Shown: in pieces, positions 12,416 through 21,567 of the stretch
Layout: each line of letters opens with the position of its first letter
How positions within the stretch are numbered: position 1 is the first letter of the stretch
DNA from: Rhodobiaceae bacterium UBA6963
GTDB taxonomy: Bacteria > Pseudomonadota > Alphaproteobacteria > RS24
Direction: 5' to 3'
NCBI GenBank assembly: GCA_002450335.1
Contig: DJZB01000063.1
Location: 1,971-65,970, forward strand
Length of the DNA: 64,000 bases
The notes under the pieces: model-generated
Told to the model about the DNA's origin: nothing
Seen by the model: only the letters and a program-made list of their open reading frames with translations
Database searches by the model: none
Position numbers and translations under genes: made by a program

Positions 12416-12495
12416 ACTAGATGCCTCCTCAATTTCTGGCTCATTTAATGACCTTCATCTGTGCCTGAAACGCTAAACTGGATATAATTCAGGTA

Positions 12496-12572
12496 TGGTC
12501 CTAAATGGGATATTTAGGGATAACATGGGATTTTATGGGATGTCAATGCGTTTTATTGGGATTTTATAGGGA
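12496..12572. promoter_or_regulatory. phased (T/A)GGGA direct-repeat array in the mraZ/dcw promoter region (MraZ-operator-like), overlapping a TTGACA -35-like hexamer
   Basis: On the + strand TGGGA/AGGGA pentamers start at 12506, 12516, 12526 and 12536 (exact 10-bp phasing), with a degenerate TGGTC at 12496 and two further copies at 12557 and 12568. The reverse complement of 12541-12546 is TTGACA, facing mraZ. Confidence 0.55.
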
Positions 12573-12654
12573 CTTAACCCTCTCTTTATGAATTTATAAT
12601 GGCCACCCTCAACCATAAATAAGGGGCGCTGAGTATTGAATTGAGAAAATAAAA

Positions 12655-13009
12655 GGATAGACAGTCTATAAGCCGGGTTCTGTCCTTATGTGTAAACACA
12701 TAATGTGCAGCCATTCATCTGGGATGCCTGTTACCAGACACCTCATGCAACCTACCCAAGCGACAACCTAGGAACTGGTTATGCGCCGCTTCTATTTGGT
12801 TTTGCTCCCGATGGGGTTTACCCTGCCATGCCCGTTACCGGCCATGCGGTGCGCTCTTACCGCACCATTTCACCCTTACCCTGACGGGCGGTTTGTTTTC
12901 TGTGGCACTTTCCCTCAGGTCACCCTGGCCGGGAATTATCCGGCATCGTGTTCCCATGGAGCCCGGACTTTCCTCCCCTATACAGAGGCGGCTGCCCGAC
13001 CGTCTATCC
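12655..13009 (-). ncRNA. rnpB: RNase P RNA, bacterial type A
   Basis: The minus strand reads GGATAGACGGTC...GGAGGAAAGTCCGGGCTCC (12976-12958)...AGGGTGAAATGGTGCGGTAAGAGCGCACCG...ACAGAACCCGGCTTAT...GACTGTCTATCC. A 12-bp P1 pairs the two ends, followed by TTTTATTTT. About 355 nt. Confidence 0.92.
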
Positions 13010-13018
13010 AATTTCTGT

Positions 13019-13795
13019 CTATTGCTTCCGGCCTATAAGGTCAAGCAATCTTGCACAGCATACGGCATCAGCAATACCGTCAATTCGTTCAGAACGAAAA
13101 TGAACCTGAAAGGCGCGCATGACTGTTTGCGTCGCCGGGCCGTAAACCCCATCCGGTGTAATCTGATATCCATAGGCTCTGAGAGCATGTTGGAGCTGTT
13201 CGACCTTTTGGCTTTTCTCAGGCTCATTGCCTGTAATTTGAAGTGGCGCAAGTTCAAACAGATCAGTTGAAGACAGTGACGCTAAATCCTTCTCCCCATA
13301 ATCTGACCAGAGACCAACACCTTTTTTGGCAAGCCCCTGCCAGTCAAACAAAGGGCCGGGGTCTGTTTTGCGTGAAGGGGCCACATCACTATGCGCCAAA
13401 ACTCTGTGAGCAGGTATAGGATGACGGCCGATAATATCTTGCGATAAATTAATTAATGCCTGCCACTGATGTGAAGGAAATTCCGGCCCCTCACCATTTT
13501 CATCCGGGCCGGGATGAGCAATTTCAATCCCGATAGAGCATCCGTTAACATCCGTTACACCATCCCAAAAAGCTACCCCGGCATGCCATGCGCGTTCTCT
13601 CTCATCAACGAGGTGATACACCTGCCCCACTTCATCTATGACATAATGCGCGGACACTTTACTGGCCGGATCGCACAACCTGTCCAGAGCTGATTGCGTA
13701 TCTGCCATGCAGGTCGTATGCATAATCAGCATATTTACCTCGCCCTCACCGGGACGGGGATTAAAATTGGGTGACAGACATTCAATCATTTGCAT
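13019..13795 (-). CDS. N-acetylmuramoyl-L-alanine amidase (AmpD/AmiD-like) with C-terminal peptidoglycan-binding domain
   Basis: SPNFNPRP...MLIMHTT, AHYVIDEVGQVY, ERAWHAGV and SIGIEIAH motifs of Amidase_2. The C-terminal LQHALRAYGYQITPDGVYGPATQTVMRAFQ matches a PG_binding_1 pattern. Confidence 0.85.
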   Translation of the reverse strand: MQMIECLSPNFNPRPGEGEVNMLIMHTTCMADTQSALDRLCDPASKVSAHYVIDEVGQVYHLVDERERAWHAGVAFWDGVTDVNGCSIGIEIAHPGPDENGEGPEFPSHQWQALINLSQDIIGRHPIPAHRVLAHSDVAPSRKTDPGPLFDWQGLAKKGVGLWSDYGEKDLASLSSTDLFELAPLQITGNEPEKSQKVEQLQHALRAYGYQITPDGVYGPATQTVMRAFQVHFRSERIDGIADAVCCARLLDLIGRKQ

Positions 13796-13866
13796 ATTAA
13801 TTTACCATTCGTGGTATGCAGAAACTGTAACTCACTATAGCTTTTTATTTATCATGGTTTAAGTGC

Positions 13867-14571
13867 ATGACCCACAAATCCTCCGCAACGCTTTTATTCG
13901 ATCTAGACGGTACATTAGCTGACACAGCTCCGGATTTGTGTGCCGCGATGAATTATGTCCTGAGCACAAAGGGGCTGGAACCCGTTCCCAACGACATTGT
14001 CAGAGGTATGATCGGCGGTGGTGCACGCATGATACTTAAACGGGGTCTGGCTTATAGAGATGTCAGCATATCAGAAGCTGAGCTGGATAAAGATGTTGAG
14101 GATTTTGTTGCCTGGTATATGGAGAACATCGACACCCACACAAAAATATTTCCTCATATTGAAGATATTTTGCAGACCGCACAAAGAGCTGGGATCGGTC
14201 TGGCTGTAGTGACCAACAAAAGATTTGATTTGTCGGAAAAACTTTTAACCCGACTTGGGTTATTAAAATATTTTGGCACACTGGTTGCCGGTGACACATT
14301 GCCTACCAGAAAACCTGACCCCGGCATGATTTATGAAGCCATGAAAAGACTTGATGGTGACCCCTCTCAAACCATTATGGTTGGCGATAGCGCAGCCGAT
14401 ACACAAGCGGCACAAAATGCGGGCATCCCTTGTATTTGCGTCACCTTTGGGTATTCGCTGCAACCTGTTCAATCATTAGGTGCAGAAGCCGTCATTGATG
14501 ATTACGAAACTTTCTATGATATCGTGACGGCATTGCGCCCGATGATGGGGCATCACCTATCCAAAATCTAA
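13867..14571 (+). CDS. gph: HAD-family phosphoglycolate phosphatase
   Basis: LLFDLDGTLADT, VTNK and MVGDSAADTQAAQNAG HAD motifs. Confidence 0.8.
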   Translation: MTHKSSATLLFDLDGTLADTAPDLCAAMNYVLSTKGLEPVPNDIVRGMIGGGARMILKRGLAYRDVSISEAELDKDVEDFVAWYMENIDTHTKIFPHIEDILQTAQRAGIGLAVVTNKRFDLSEKLLTRLGLLKYFGTLVAGDTLPTRKPDPGMIYEAMKRLDGDPSQTIMVGDSAADTQAAQNAGIPCICVTFGYSLQPVQSLGAEAVIDDYETFYDIVTALRPMMGHHLSKI

Positions 14572-14586
14572 AATTAAAAAATGAGC

Positions 14587-16296
14587 CTAGACCGCAAGCG
14601 CCGTATCCAGCGCATTCTTTAATTCGCGCTTAAGAAACTTACCACTGGCATTTCTCGGTAAGGGGTGATCAAGAAACCAGATATATCTTGGAGATTTGTA
14701 CGCCGCCATGGTTGCTTTGCAGTGGGATCGTAATTCTTCTGCTGTCATGGTGACACCTGGTGTCAGATAAATTGCAACCCCAACTTCTTCACCAAGCCTG
14801 TCATCAGGCACACCAAAAACTGAACATTCGGCAATGCCATCACATTTATAAATCGAAGACTCGACCTCTGCACAATAGACATTCTCGCCGCCTCTAATCA
14901 GCATGTCCTTGGCGCGGTCCATAATATAAACAAAGCCATTTTCATCTTTGCGCGCAATGTCACCGGAATAAAGCCACCCGTCACGAATGGTTTCAGCCGT
15001 CGCTTCAGGATTGTTGAGATATCCTTTAAAAATAGCTGCACTCTTAAAGCAGATTTCGCCTAACTCGCCGTCAGCCACTTCATTATTATTTTCATCAACG
15101 ATTTTGGCTTCATAAACAGCGATTGGCGGACCCACACTTTCGGGATTGGCTACATAATAATCCCTAGTAATGGAACACATCATACCACTGCCCTCGGTCA
15201 TCCCATACCCAGTGCCGGGTTTCCCGTTTACAAGTTTATCGTCAATTTTCAAAACCAAATCCGGAGGCACCTGCGCCCCACCACCCCCCATCGTAGTGAT
15301 GGATGATGTATCAAATTTTTCAAAATCAGGATGGGTAAGCACTTCGCGGGACATGACCGGCACACCGGTCAGCCCGTTAACTTTTTCTCTTTCTATAATT
15401 TCCAGCGCCTCTCTTGCATCCCATTTATACATATGGACCATTGTGCCACCTCCAAGCGTGGCAGGTTGCATGACGCAATTATTCGCCGTCACATGAAATA
15501 ACGGTGTGGTAACAATCGTAATTGGTGGCGGTTGTGTCCCGTCATTCTCCATATCACCATTCAAACGAGCTGAAGAAATATTATAAACATAGGTGCTAAG
15601 CACATAACCCATGAGCTGGTTAATACAACTTCGATGGGTCAATTGTGCCCCTTTAGGCCGCCCTGTCGTGCCCGATGTATAAAAGATGCACGCATCGCTA
15701 TCGGTATCAAAATCCGGTGTCGGTTGGTCACCCCCAAATGCTTTTAGCTCAGCATAATCTATGACATCCTCACCCGGGTTTTCCATACGAACACCAACAA
15801 CACGCATATCAGGAAATCTATCCCGAATATTCATAAAGCGGTCGTGGCGCTGTTGGTCGCATATCAGAATTTTTGGCTGAGAGTCTTCCAACGCGAAAGC
15901 AAGCTCTTCCTCTATCCACCAAGCATTGATACCAACAACGGCAACTCCAACATTGACGGCTCCCCAATAGGCAAGAGTCCATTCAGGAAAGTTTCTCATT
16001 GCAATGGCGATACGATCACCCGGCTCAACACCATTCGCCAACAACCAGTTGCCAATTGACGCAACTTCAGCATGGGCATCTTTGTAGAGCCATCTTTCAT
16101 CTTCATAGATGATGTAGTTATTATCAGCATGTGGCTCGGTGAGGCTCCACACATCTCTTAAAGTTGGGGGAGCTAGTGCGAAAGATTTAACTTCAATACC
16201 ATTAACCTCAGTCGTAGTAATAGCGAAAAGACTCGTTTCGCTCGTCAACTCTGCGGTGACCTGATTAAGGATTTCGTACATATTTTTGTTGCTCAT
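14587..16296 (-). CDS. AMP-dependent acyl-CoA synthetase/ligase
   Basis: YTSGTTGRPKGAQLTHRS adenylation motif, GYGMTE, and a C-terminal PRNASGKFLKREL. ATG at 16296 follows GGTGGGGGA; the track start 16311 is TTG. Confidence 0.88.
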   Translation of the reverse strand: MSNKNMYEILNQVTAELTSETSLFAITTTEVNGIEVKSFALAPPTLRDVWSLTEPHADNNYIIYEDERWLYKDAHAEVASIGNWLLANGVEPGDRIAIAMRNFPEWTLAYWGAVNVGVAVVGINAWWIEEELAFALEDSQPKILICDQQRHDRFMNIRDRFPDMRVVGVRMENPGEDVIDYAELKAFGGDQPTPDFDTDSDACIFYTSGTTGRPKGAQLTHRSCINQLMGYVLSTYVYNISSARLNGDMENDGTQPPPITIVTTPLFHVTANNCVMQPATLGGGTMVHMYKWDAREALEIIEREKVNGLTGVPVMSREVLTHPDFEKFDTSSITTMGGGGAQVPPDLVLKIDDKLVNGKPGTGYGMTEGSGMMCSITRDYYVANPESVGPPIAVYEAKIVDENNNEVADGELGEICFKSAAIFKGYLNNPEATAETIRDGWLYSGDIARKDENGFVYIMDRAKDMLIRGGENVYCAEVESSIYKCDGIAECSVFGVPDDRLGEEVGVAIYLTPGVTMTAEELRSHCKATMAAYKSPRYIWFLDHPLPRNASGKFLKRELKNALDTALAV

Positions 16297-16462
16297 ATTC
16301 CCCCACCACAACTCAATTGACCAAGAAACTCTAAAATTTACCGTAGGTTAGATTGCATAGAAAAAAAATTCTATAATTAAATTGATATGCTTGACCCAAT
16401 ACATGCAAAAAGGTGATAAGTCTTGTGGAATATGCATGTGAGATAATTATAGGGGAAGATTT

Positions 16463-17365
16463 ATGAGTCTTGATTTCACTGGAAAAACTGTGATTGTCAC
16501 CGGATCTGGTGGTGGCCTTGGCCGCAGTCACGCTTTAGAATTTGCACGCAGAGGTGCAAACGTTGTTGTTAATGATCTCGGTGGCTCCGTAGACGGGTCA
16601 GGCGGATCATCCGAAGCGGCTGATGCTGTGGTTAAAACCATCACTGATAATGGCGGCAAGGCCATTTCTAACGGCTCATCGGTGACCGATGATAAAGGTG
16701 TTGCCACTATGGTTGAGCAGACACTTTCAGAATTCGGTAGAATTGACGTTCTGGTAAATAATGCTGGCGTATTACGCGATAAATCATTTTCCAACATGCC
16801 CATGTCGGATTTCGAATTTGTTGTAGATGTTCATTTGATGGGAACTGTTAAAGTGACCCATGCCGTATTTCCAATCATGAAAGAACAGAATTACGGACGT
16901 ATCGTTGTGACGACATCATCTTCCGGCCTTTACGGTAATTTTGGTCAGTCTAATTATGGCGCCGGTAAAATGGGCGTCGTCGGCATGATGAACACGCTCG
17001 AACTTGAGGGTGCAAAATATAACATCCATGTAAATGCATTGGCGCCAGTCGCTTGGACACGGATGACAGAGGATTTAATGCCACCCGAAGCCGAAGCACT
17101 CCTGACACCTGAAAGCGTCACACCTGCAGTAGTTTTCATGAGTTCAGATCAAGCACCAAGCGGGCAAATAATTTGTGCCGGCGCAGGCGTTTTTGCTGCT
17201 GCACAAGTTGTTGAGTCACCAGGTAAATTGCTTGGACTGGATGCGGCTGCAGAAGATGTTGCTGCTAACTGGGAAGAAATTTCTGATTTGACTGAAGCCA
17301 AACCTCTGGGTATGGGTTTTGAGCAATCGGCGAAATTCTTCGCGCTGCATAATCTCAAGCGTTAA
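16463..17365 (+). CDS. short-chain dehydrogenase/reductase, MFE-2-type (probable 3-hydroxyacyl-CoA dehydrogenase)
   Basis: TGSGGGLG Rossmann motif, NNAG, and catalytic S...YGAGK. The N-terminal region resembles the dehydrogenase domain of peroxisomal multifunctional enzyme 2. Confidence 0.8.
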   Translation: MSLDFTGKTVIVTGSGGGLGRSHALEFARRGANVVVNDLGGSVDGSGGSSEAADAVVKTITDNGGKAISNGSSVTDDKGVATMVEQTLSEFGRIDVLVNNAGVLRDKSFSNMPMSDFEFVVDVHLMGTVKVTHAVFPIMKEQNYGRIVVTTSSSGLYGNFGQSNYGAGKMGVVGMMNTLELEGAKYNIHVNALAPVAWTRMTEDLMPPEAEALLTPESVTPAVVFMSSDQAPSGQIICAGAGVFAAAQVVESPGKLLGLDAAAEDVAANWEEISDLTEAKPLGMGFEQSAKFFALHNLKR

Positions 17366-18166
17366 TTAGCTATCCGAAAATTGTGGCGGCCTTTTTTCAA
17401 TAAAGGCCGTCACCGCTTCAAGATGGTCATCCGTCACATGAAGCTTTGCTTGCTCTACAGCCGCCATTTCAAGTGCCGCATCAAGTTCAGGCGTTTTTGC
17501 ACTTCTGAGTAGTTTTTTGGTTGCCCGCAATGCGGCTGTCGGTTGGGAAATAATCTTTGCAGCCATTTCTTCTGCTGCAGCCAACAATTCCTCATCAGGA
17601 TATACTTCAGACACCAGACCCCATGACAATGCTGTTTGCGCATCAATAATACGGGCGGTGTAAAGCATTTCAGCTGCCCGTGACGCACCAACATTTTGCG
17701 GCAATATCCATGACCCACCATCGCCGGGAATGAGACCTATTTTTAAAAAAGTAGATCCAAATTTAGCAGATTGTCCAGCAAGACGAACATCACAAAGGCC
17801 GGAAACATCATGCCCCAAGCCAACCGCAGGGCCATTGACAGCAGCAATAACCGGGACGGCACAATGCCAAATAGATCTCACAATTTCATGAACGTTATTG
17901 CGATAATTATCTGCGATATCTGTTTCAGAACCCGCAAAGAGATTTTCTCTGTCACGCATGTCTTTGACATTGCCACCAGCTGAAAAGGCTCGACCTGCGC
18001 CGGTAAAGATGACGCATTTAATCGTGCGGTCCTCGTTAATATCTGCAAATACTTTACGGAAAGCATCACCATCGCCCGGCTCGCCAAGAATGTTTAATTG
18101 GTCAGGGCGGTTCATCGTGACAGTCATGACCGCCCCTTGCCGAGTGGTCAATAATGAGTTGGTCAT
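17366..18166 (-). CDS. enoyl-CoA hydratase/isomerase (crotonase family)
   Basis: 266 aa with FSAGGNVKDM and AAVNGPAVGLG crotonase motifs. Confidence 0.88.
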   Translation of the reverse strand: MTNSLLTTRQGAVMTVTMNRPDQLNILGEPGDGDAFRKVFADINEDRTIKCVIFTGAGRAFSAGGNVKDMRDRENLFAGSETDIADNYRNNVHEIVRSIWHCAVPVIAAVNGPAVGLGHDVSGLCDVRLAGQSAKFGSTFLKIGLIPGDGGSWILPQNVGASRAAEMLYTARIIDAQTALSWGLVSEVYPDEELLAAAEEMAAKIISQPTAALRATKKLLRSAKTPELDAALEMAAVEQAKLHVTDDHLEAVTAFIEKRPPQFSDS

Positions 18167-18178
18167 ATGATATTCTCT

Positions 18179-19315
18179 CTAAGCAGCTTCGGAGGAACCA
18201 AAACGTTTGAGATGATAATCAATACTTCCTAGTTGTGCGTCAATGGCTGTGAGGCGTTTAAAATAGTGACCCACATTCAGCTCTTCTGACATGCCCATGC
18301 CGCCATGCAGATGCACCGCGCTTTGTCCAATATATCGTCCAGCTTTACCAATCTGAACTTTCGCGCCGGAAGCGGCCCGTGCTCTCGAAGCTGCATCACC
18401 ACCAACATGCATGTTGACCATATATGTCAAAGAAACAGATTGTTCATATTCCATAAACATATCTACCATACGATGTTGCAGAGCCTGAAAGCTCCCAATC
18501 GCCACGCCAAACTGGTTACGGGTTTTACAATATTCAACAGTAGCCAGATGCGCTTTATGCATTCCACCAATCGCTTCACCACAAATCGCGGCAATGCCAT
18601 AATCCAAAGCTTCTTCAAGAAGCGGCAGTCCGGCATCCAATGTCCCCAGAAGAGCTTCAGCACTAAGCTTAACATTTTCAAAACTAATATCAGCGGCGCG
18701 ACTGCCATCAATTGTCTCATAATCTTGAGACGCAACGCCATCGGCAGATTTATCAACGATAAAGAGACTGATACCGTCTTGTTGCCACCCTTCACCTGAA
18801 GTTCTGGCAGACACAATCAGATAATCTGCCCAAGGGCCGCCATTAACAACAGATTTCAGACCGCTAAGGACAAAACCGTCACCATCTTTTTTGGCTGTGG
18901 TTTGAACATTGGCAGGGTTAAAACGACTTTTAGGCTCTGAATATGCCAGCGCCCAAATTTTTTCACCACTTATAAGCGGCGGCAGATGCATATCTTTTTG
19001 AGCATCACTTCCATGACGTTCCAGCAGACCACCACAAAGAACAACAGTCGGAAGAAAAGGTTCAGTAACAAGACCTTTACCAAATTCCTCGGTAATAATC
19101 ATGGTGTCGACAGCTCCACCACCGAGACCGCCTAGTGACTCGTCAAAGGGAGCTGCTAGCAATCCGAGTTCGGCAAATTGAGACCAGTTTTCACGACTCA
19201 TACCTGAGTCAGATCTCACAATCTTCATGCGGCTGTCGAAATCGTAATTATCCTGAACGAAACTCTGAACCATATTCCGGAGGAGAGTCTGTTCTTCAGT
19301 AAAATCAAAATCCAT
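18179..19315 (-). CDS. acyl-CoA dehydrogenase family protein (possible non-catalytic partner subunit)
   Basis: 378-aa ACAD fold (MDFDFTEEQ N-terminus). The C-terminal region RLTAIDAQLGSIDYHLKRF has Leu where MCAD-type enzymes have the catalytic Glu. Confidence 0.85.
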   Translation of the reverse strand: MDFDFTEEQTLLRNMVQSFVQDNYDFDSRMKIVRSDSGMSRENWSQFAELGLLAAPFDESLGGLGGGAVDTMIITEEFGKGLVTEPFLPTVVLCGGLLERHGSDAQKDMHLPPLISGEKIWALAYSEPKSRFNPANVQTTAKKDGDGFVLSGLKSVVNGGPWADYLIVSARTSGEGWQQDGISLFIVDKSADGVASQDYETIDGSRAADISFENVKLSAEALLGTLDAGLPLLEEALDYGIAAICGEAIGGMHKAHLATVEYCKTRNQFGVAIGSFQALQHRMVDMFMEYEQSVSLTYMVNMHVGGDAASRARAASGAKVQIGKAGRYIGQSAVHLHGGMGMSEELNVGHYFKRLTAIDAQLGSIDYHLKRFGSSEAA

Positions 19316-19353
19316 AATTATCTGCCTTAAATTAAATGTATTGGGTTCGCGGC

Positions 19354-20541
19354 TTATAAACCAAGGACAAACTTGGCAATGATGTTGCGTTGAACTTCAT
19401 TTGTGCCGCCATAAATAGCCGTCTTACGCATGTTGAAATAACTTTGGGAAACACCCTGACTGTAATCAGGGCCGACGAGATTATAATTCGCGCCTGTATC
19501 AAGCATTGGAATTTTTGGCAAACTGTAAGTACCTACGGCTTCCATAATCAACTCCGTCACCTTCTGCTGAATTTCTGTCCCTTTAATTTTCAGAATAGAA
19601 CTTTCAGCACCCGGGCCACGCCCCGCACTTTCTGCCGCCAGTGTTCTCAACTCGGTATACTCAAGCGCAAGTAAATCAATTTCCAACTCGCTGATTTTTT
19701 TCTTGAAGTCCATATCTTCAATGAGTGGTTCCCCATCAACAAGTTCAGCACAAGAGATTTCTTTAAGGCGCTTTACAGCATTTTTAGATCTTGCAACACC
19801 GGCAATTCCAGTGCGCTCATTTCCAAGCAGAAATTTTGCGATGCCCCAACCATTGCCTTCTTCACCAACCAGATTTTCAGCAGGTACGCGGACATCCGTC
19901 AAAAACACTTCATTGACTTCATGACTGCCGTCAATCGTGATAATTGGACGAACCTCAATGCCGGGAGAATTCATATCTATCAGCAAGAATGAGATACCTT
20001 TTTGAGGCTTATCTTCTTGCGACGTCCTCACCAAACAGAACATCCAGTCCGCATGTTGTGCCAATGTCGTCCAGATTTTGTGACCATTGACGACGTAATC
20101 ATCTCCATCACGTTCTGCTTTGGTTTTAAGAGAGGCTAAATCAGAGCCTGACCCAGGCTCGGAATAACCCTGACACCACCAGTCCTCACCGGACAGAATT
20201 CGTGGCAAGTAATGCGCTTTTTGAGCGTCATTGGCATAATGCATCAAAACCGGCCCCAGCATGGTGATACCAAACGGCAAAACAATAAGCGTGTTGGCCT
20301 TGGCACATTCATCATCAAAGATGTATCTTTGTGTCACAGACCATCCCGGCCCGCCATATTCTTCTGGCCAATGCGGTGCAACCCAGCCTTTTTCGGCAAG
20401 AACACGATGCCATGACAAGAAATCTTCTTTGGTAAATTCTGCACGACGGCTTTCCGTCAAATGTTTAGGATAGTTGTCAGCAATAAATTGTCTGACCTCT
20501 TCTCTAAATGCATTTTCTTCAGGGCTGAAATCGAAATTCAT
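19354..20541 (-). CDS. acyl-CoA dehydrogenase family protein
   Basis: ACAD fold with C-terminal IYGGTNEVQRNIIAKFVLGL. ATG at 20541 follows GGGAGA; the track start 20559 is TTG. Confidence 0.88.
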   Translation of the reverse strand: MNFDFSPEENAFREEVRQFIADNYPKHLTESRRAEFTKEDFLSWHRVLAEKGWVAPHWPEEYGGPGWSVTQRYIFDDECAKANTLIVLPFGITMLGPVLMHYANDAQKAHYLPRILSGEDWWCQGYSEPGSGSDLASLKTKAERDGDDYVVNGHKIWTTLAQHADWMFCLVRTSQEDKPQKGISFLLIDMNSPGIEVRPIITIDGSHEVNEVFLTDVRVPAENLVGEEGNGWGIAKFLLGNERTGIAGVARSKNAVKRLKEISCAELVDGEPLIEDMDFKKKISELEIDLLALEYTELRTLAAESAGRGPGAESSILKIKGTEIQQKVTELIMEAVGTYSLPKIPMLDTGANYNLVGPDYSQGVSQSYFNMRKTAIYGGTNEVQRNIIAKFVLGL

Positions 20542-20600
20542 TTTAATCTCCCGTAACAATTGATGTTGTTATAAAACTTCTTTTTACAAAGAAAAGCAAT

Positions 20601-20620
20601 AAATGACGCCTGCGTCATTT
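20601..20620 (-). terminator. candidate intrinsic terminator downstream of cobA
   Basis: AAATGACGC/GCGTCATTT inverted repeat (effective 8-bp stem, 4-nt loop), followed on the minus strand by ATTGCTTTTCTTTG. It lies 13 nt after the cobA stop. Confidence 0.55.
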
Positions 20621-20632
20621 ATGTCCTCTTTA

Positions 20633-21466
20633 TTACTTGTCAAACCATGAAAGCTTATCTGCAAAAGATGCTACTGCTCCAAAGACAATGATGCTGGGTG
20701 GCTCCAATCCGGCACTTTTGGCATCCGCTGCCGCAGAACGTAGTGTTGATGTCAGCACCTCTTGATCTGGGGTCGTGGCTTGGGTGATAATCGCGACAGG
20801 CTCTTCGGGTGACCGTCCTGCCTGCATCAATTTTTCTGCGATTACATCTATCTTTTTCATCGCCATATAAACCACTATCACTGGTGTGGCCTTGGAAATA
20901 GACTCCCAATCCAGCAATTCAGTCTGTCCTGATCCTGCAAGGTGCCCGGTAACAAAACTCACAGCGTGATTCACATCTCTATGCGTCACAGGAATTCCGG
21001 CATATTCCGGCCCGGCGATACCTGATGTCACCCCGGGAATGAGACGGAATGATATCTCTTCCTCCACCAGCCTCTCGACTTCCTCTCCACCCCGACCAAA
21101 AACAAACGGGTCACCCCCCTTAAGACGAAGTACTTTTTTCTCTTTTCTTGCGTGATATACCAAACTGTCAGTGATATCGGCTTGCTTCATGGAGGGTTTA
21201 CCCCCCCTTTTTCCGGCATAGAAAATTTCTGTATCTGGCCCGGCTATAGATAAAATATCTTCACTCACCAGCGCATCATGGATAATGACGTCGGCTTGTT
21301 GCATGGCATTGACAGCATGCAATGTCAGCAGCCCGGGGTCACCCGGCCCGGCACCCGCGAGCCATACCCAACCAGGCAAAAAAACCGGCAGACCACTAAT
21401 TTGCACATCAGGCAAAGGCGTGTCAGTTAATTTAAGCCGAACAATCTCTTGTTTTATTTTATCCAT
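20633..21466 (-). CDS. cobA: uroporphyrinogen-III C-methyltransferase (SUMT; siroheme/cobalamin branch)
   Basis: VWLAGAGPGDPGLLTLHA, VIIHDALV, LKGGDPFVFGRGGEE and PGVTS motifs. ATG at 21466 is chosen; the track start 21502 is TTG, so the start is uncertain. Confidence 0.88.
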   Translation of the reverse strand: MDKIKQEIVRLKLTDTPLPDVQISGLPVFLPGWVWLAGAGPGDPGLLTLHAVNAMQQADVIIHDALVSEDILSIAGPDTEIFYAGKRGGKPSMKQADITDSLVYHARKEKKVLRLKGGDPFVFGRGGEEVERLVEEEISFRLIPGVTSGIAGPEYAGIPVTHRDVNHAVSFVTGHLAGSGQTELLDWESISKATPVIVVYMAMKKIDVIAEKLMQAGRSPEEPVAIITQATTPDQEVLTSTLRSAAADAKSAGLEPPSIIVFGAVASFADKLSWFDK

Positions 21467-21567
21467 ATGAGCCTTATACGAGCCAATCAGGCATGAATTC
21501 AACTCTATTGCTTCTGTTCTTTGCGTCTACAATGCGCTAAGAAATGAATGTTAGAAGAGGATTTTCG

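Noticed and set aside
12781-13270. Plus-strand ORFs of 85 aa (12781-13038) and 125 aa (12893-13270) from the six-frame track
   Set aside because: They lie antisense across the RNase P RNA gene and the amidase 3' end. The region is fully explained by rnpB (conserved GGAGGAAAGUCCGGGCUCC core, P1 pairing). The ORFs have no RBS and a compositionally odd sequence.
16312-16462. Inverted repeats in the ligase/SDR divergent promoter (ATAGAA-A6-TTCTAT; ACATGCA at 16401-16407 paired with TGCATGT at 16433-16439)
   Set aside because: The arms are short (6-7 bp) in AT-rich DNA, one pair has a 25-nt spacer, and no regulator gene is nearby. This is compatible with chance.
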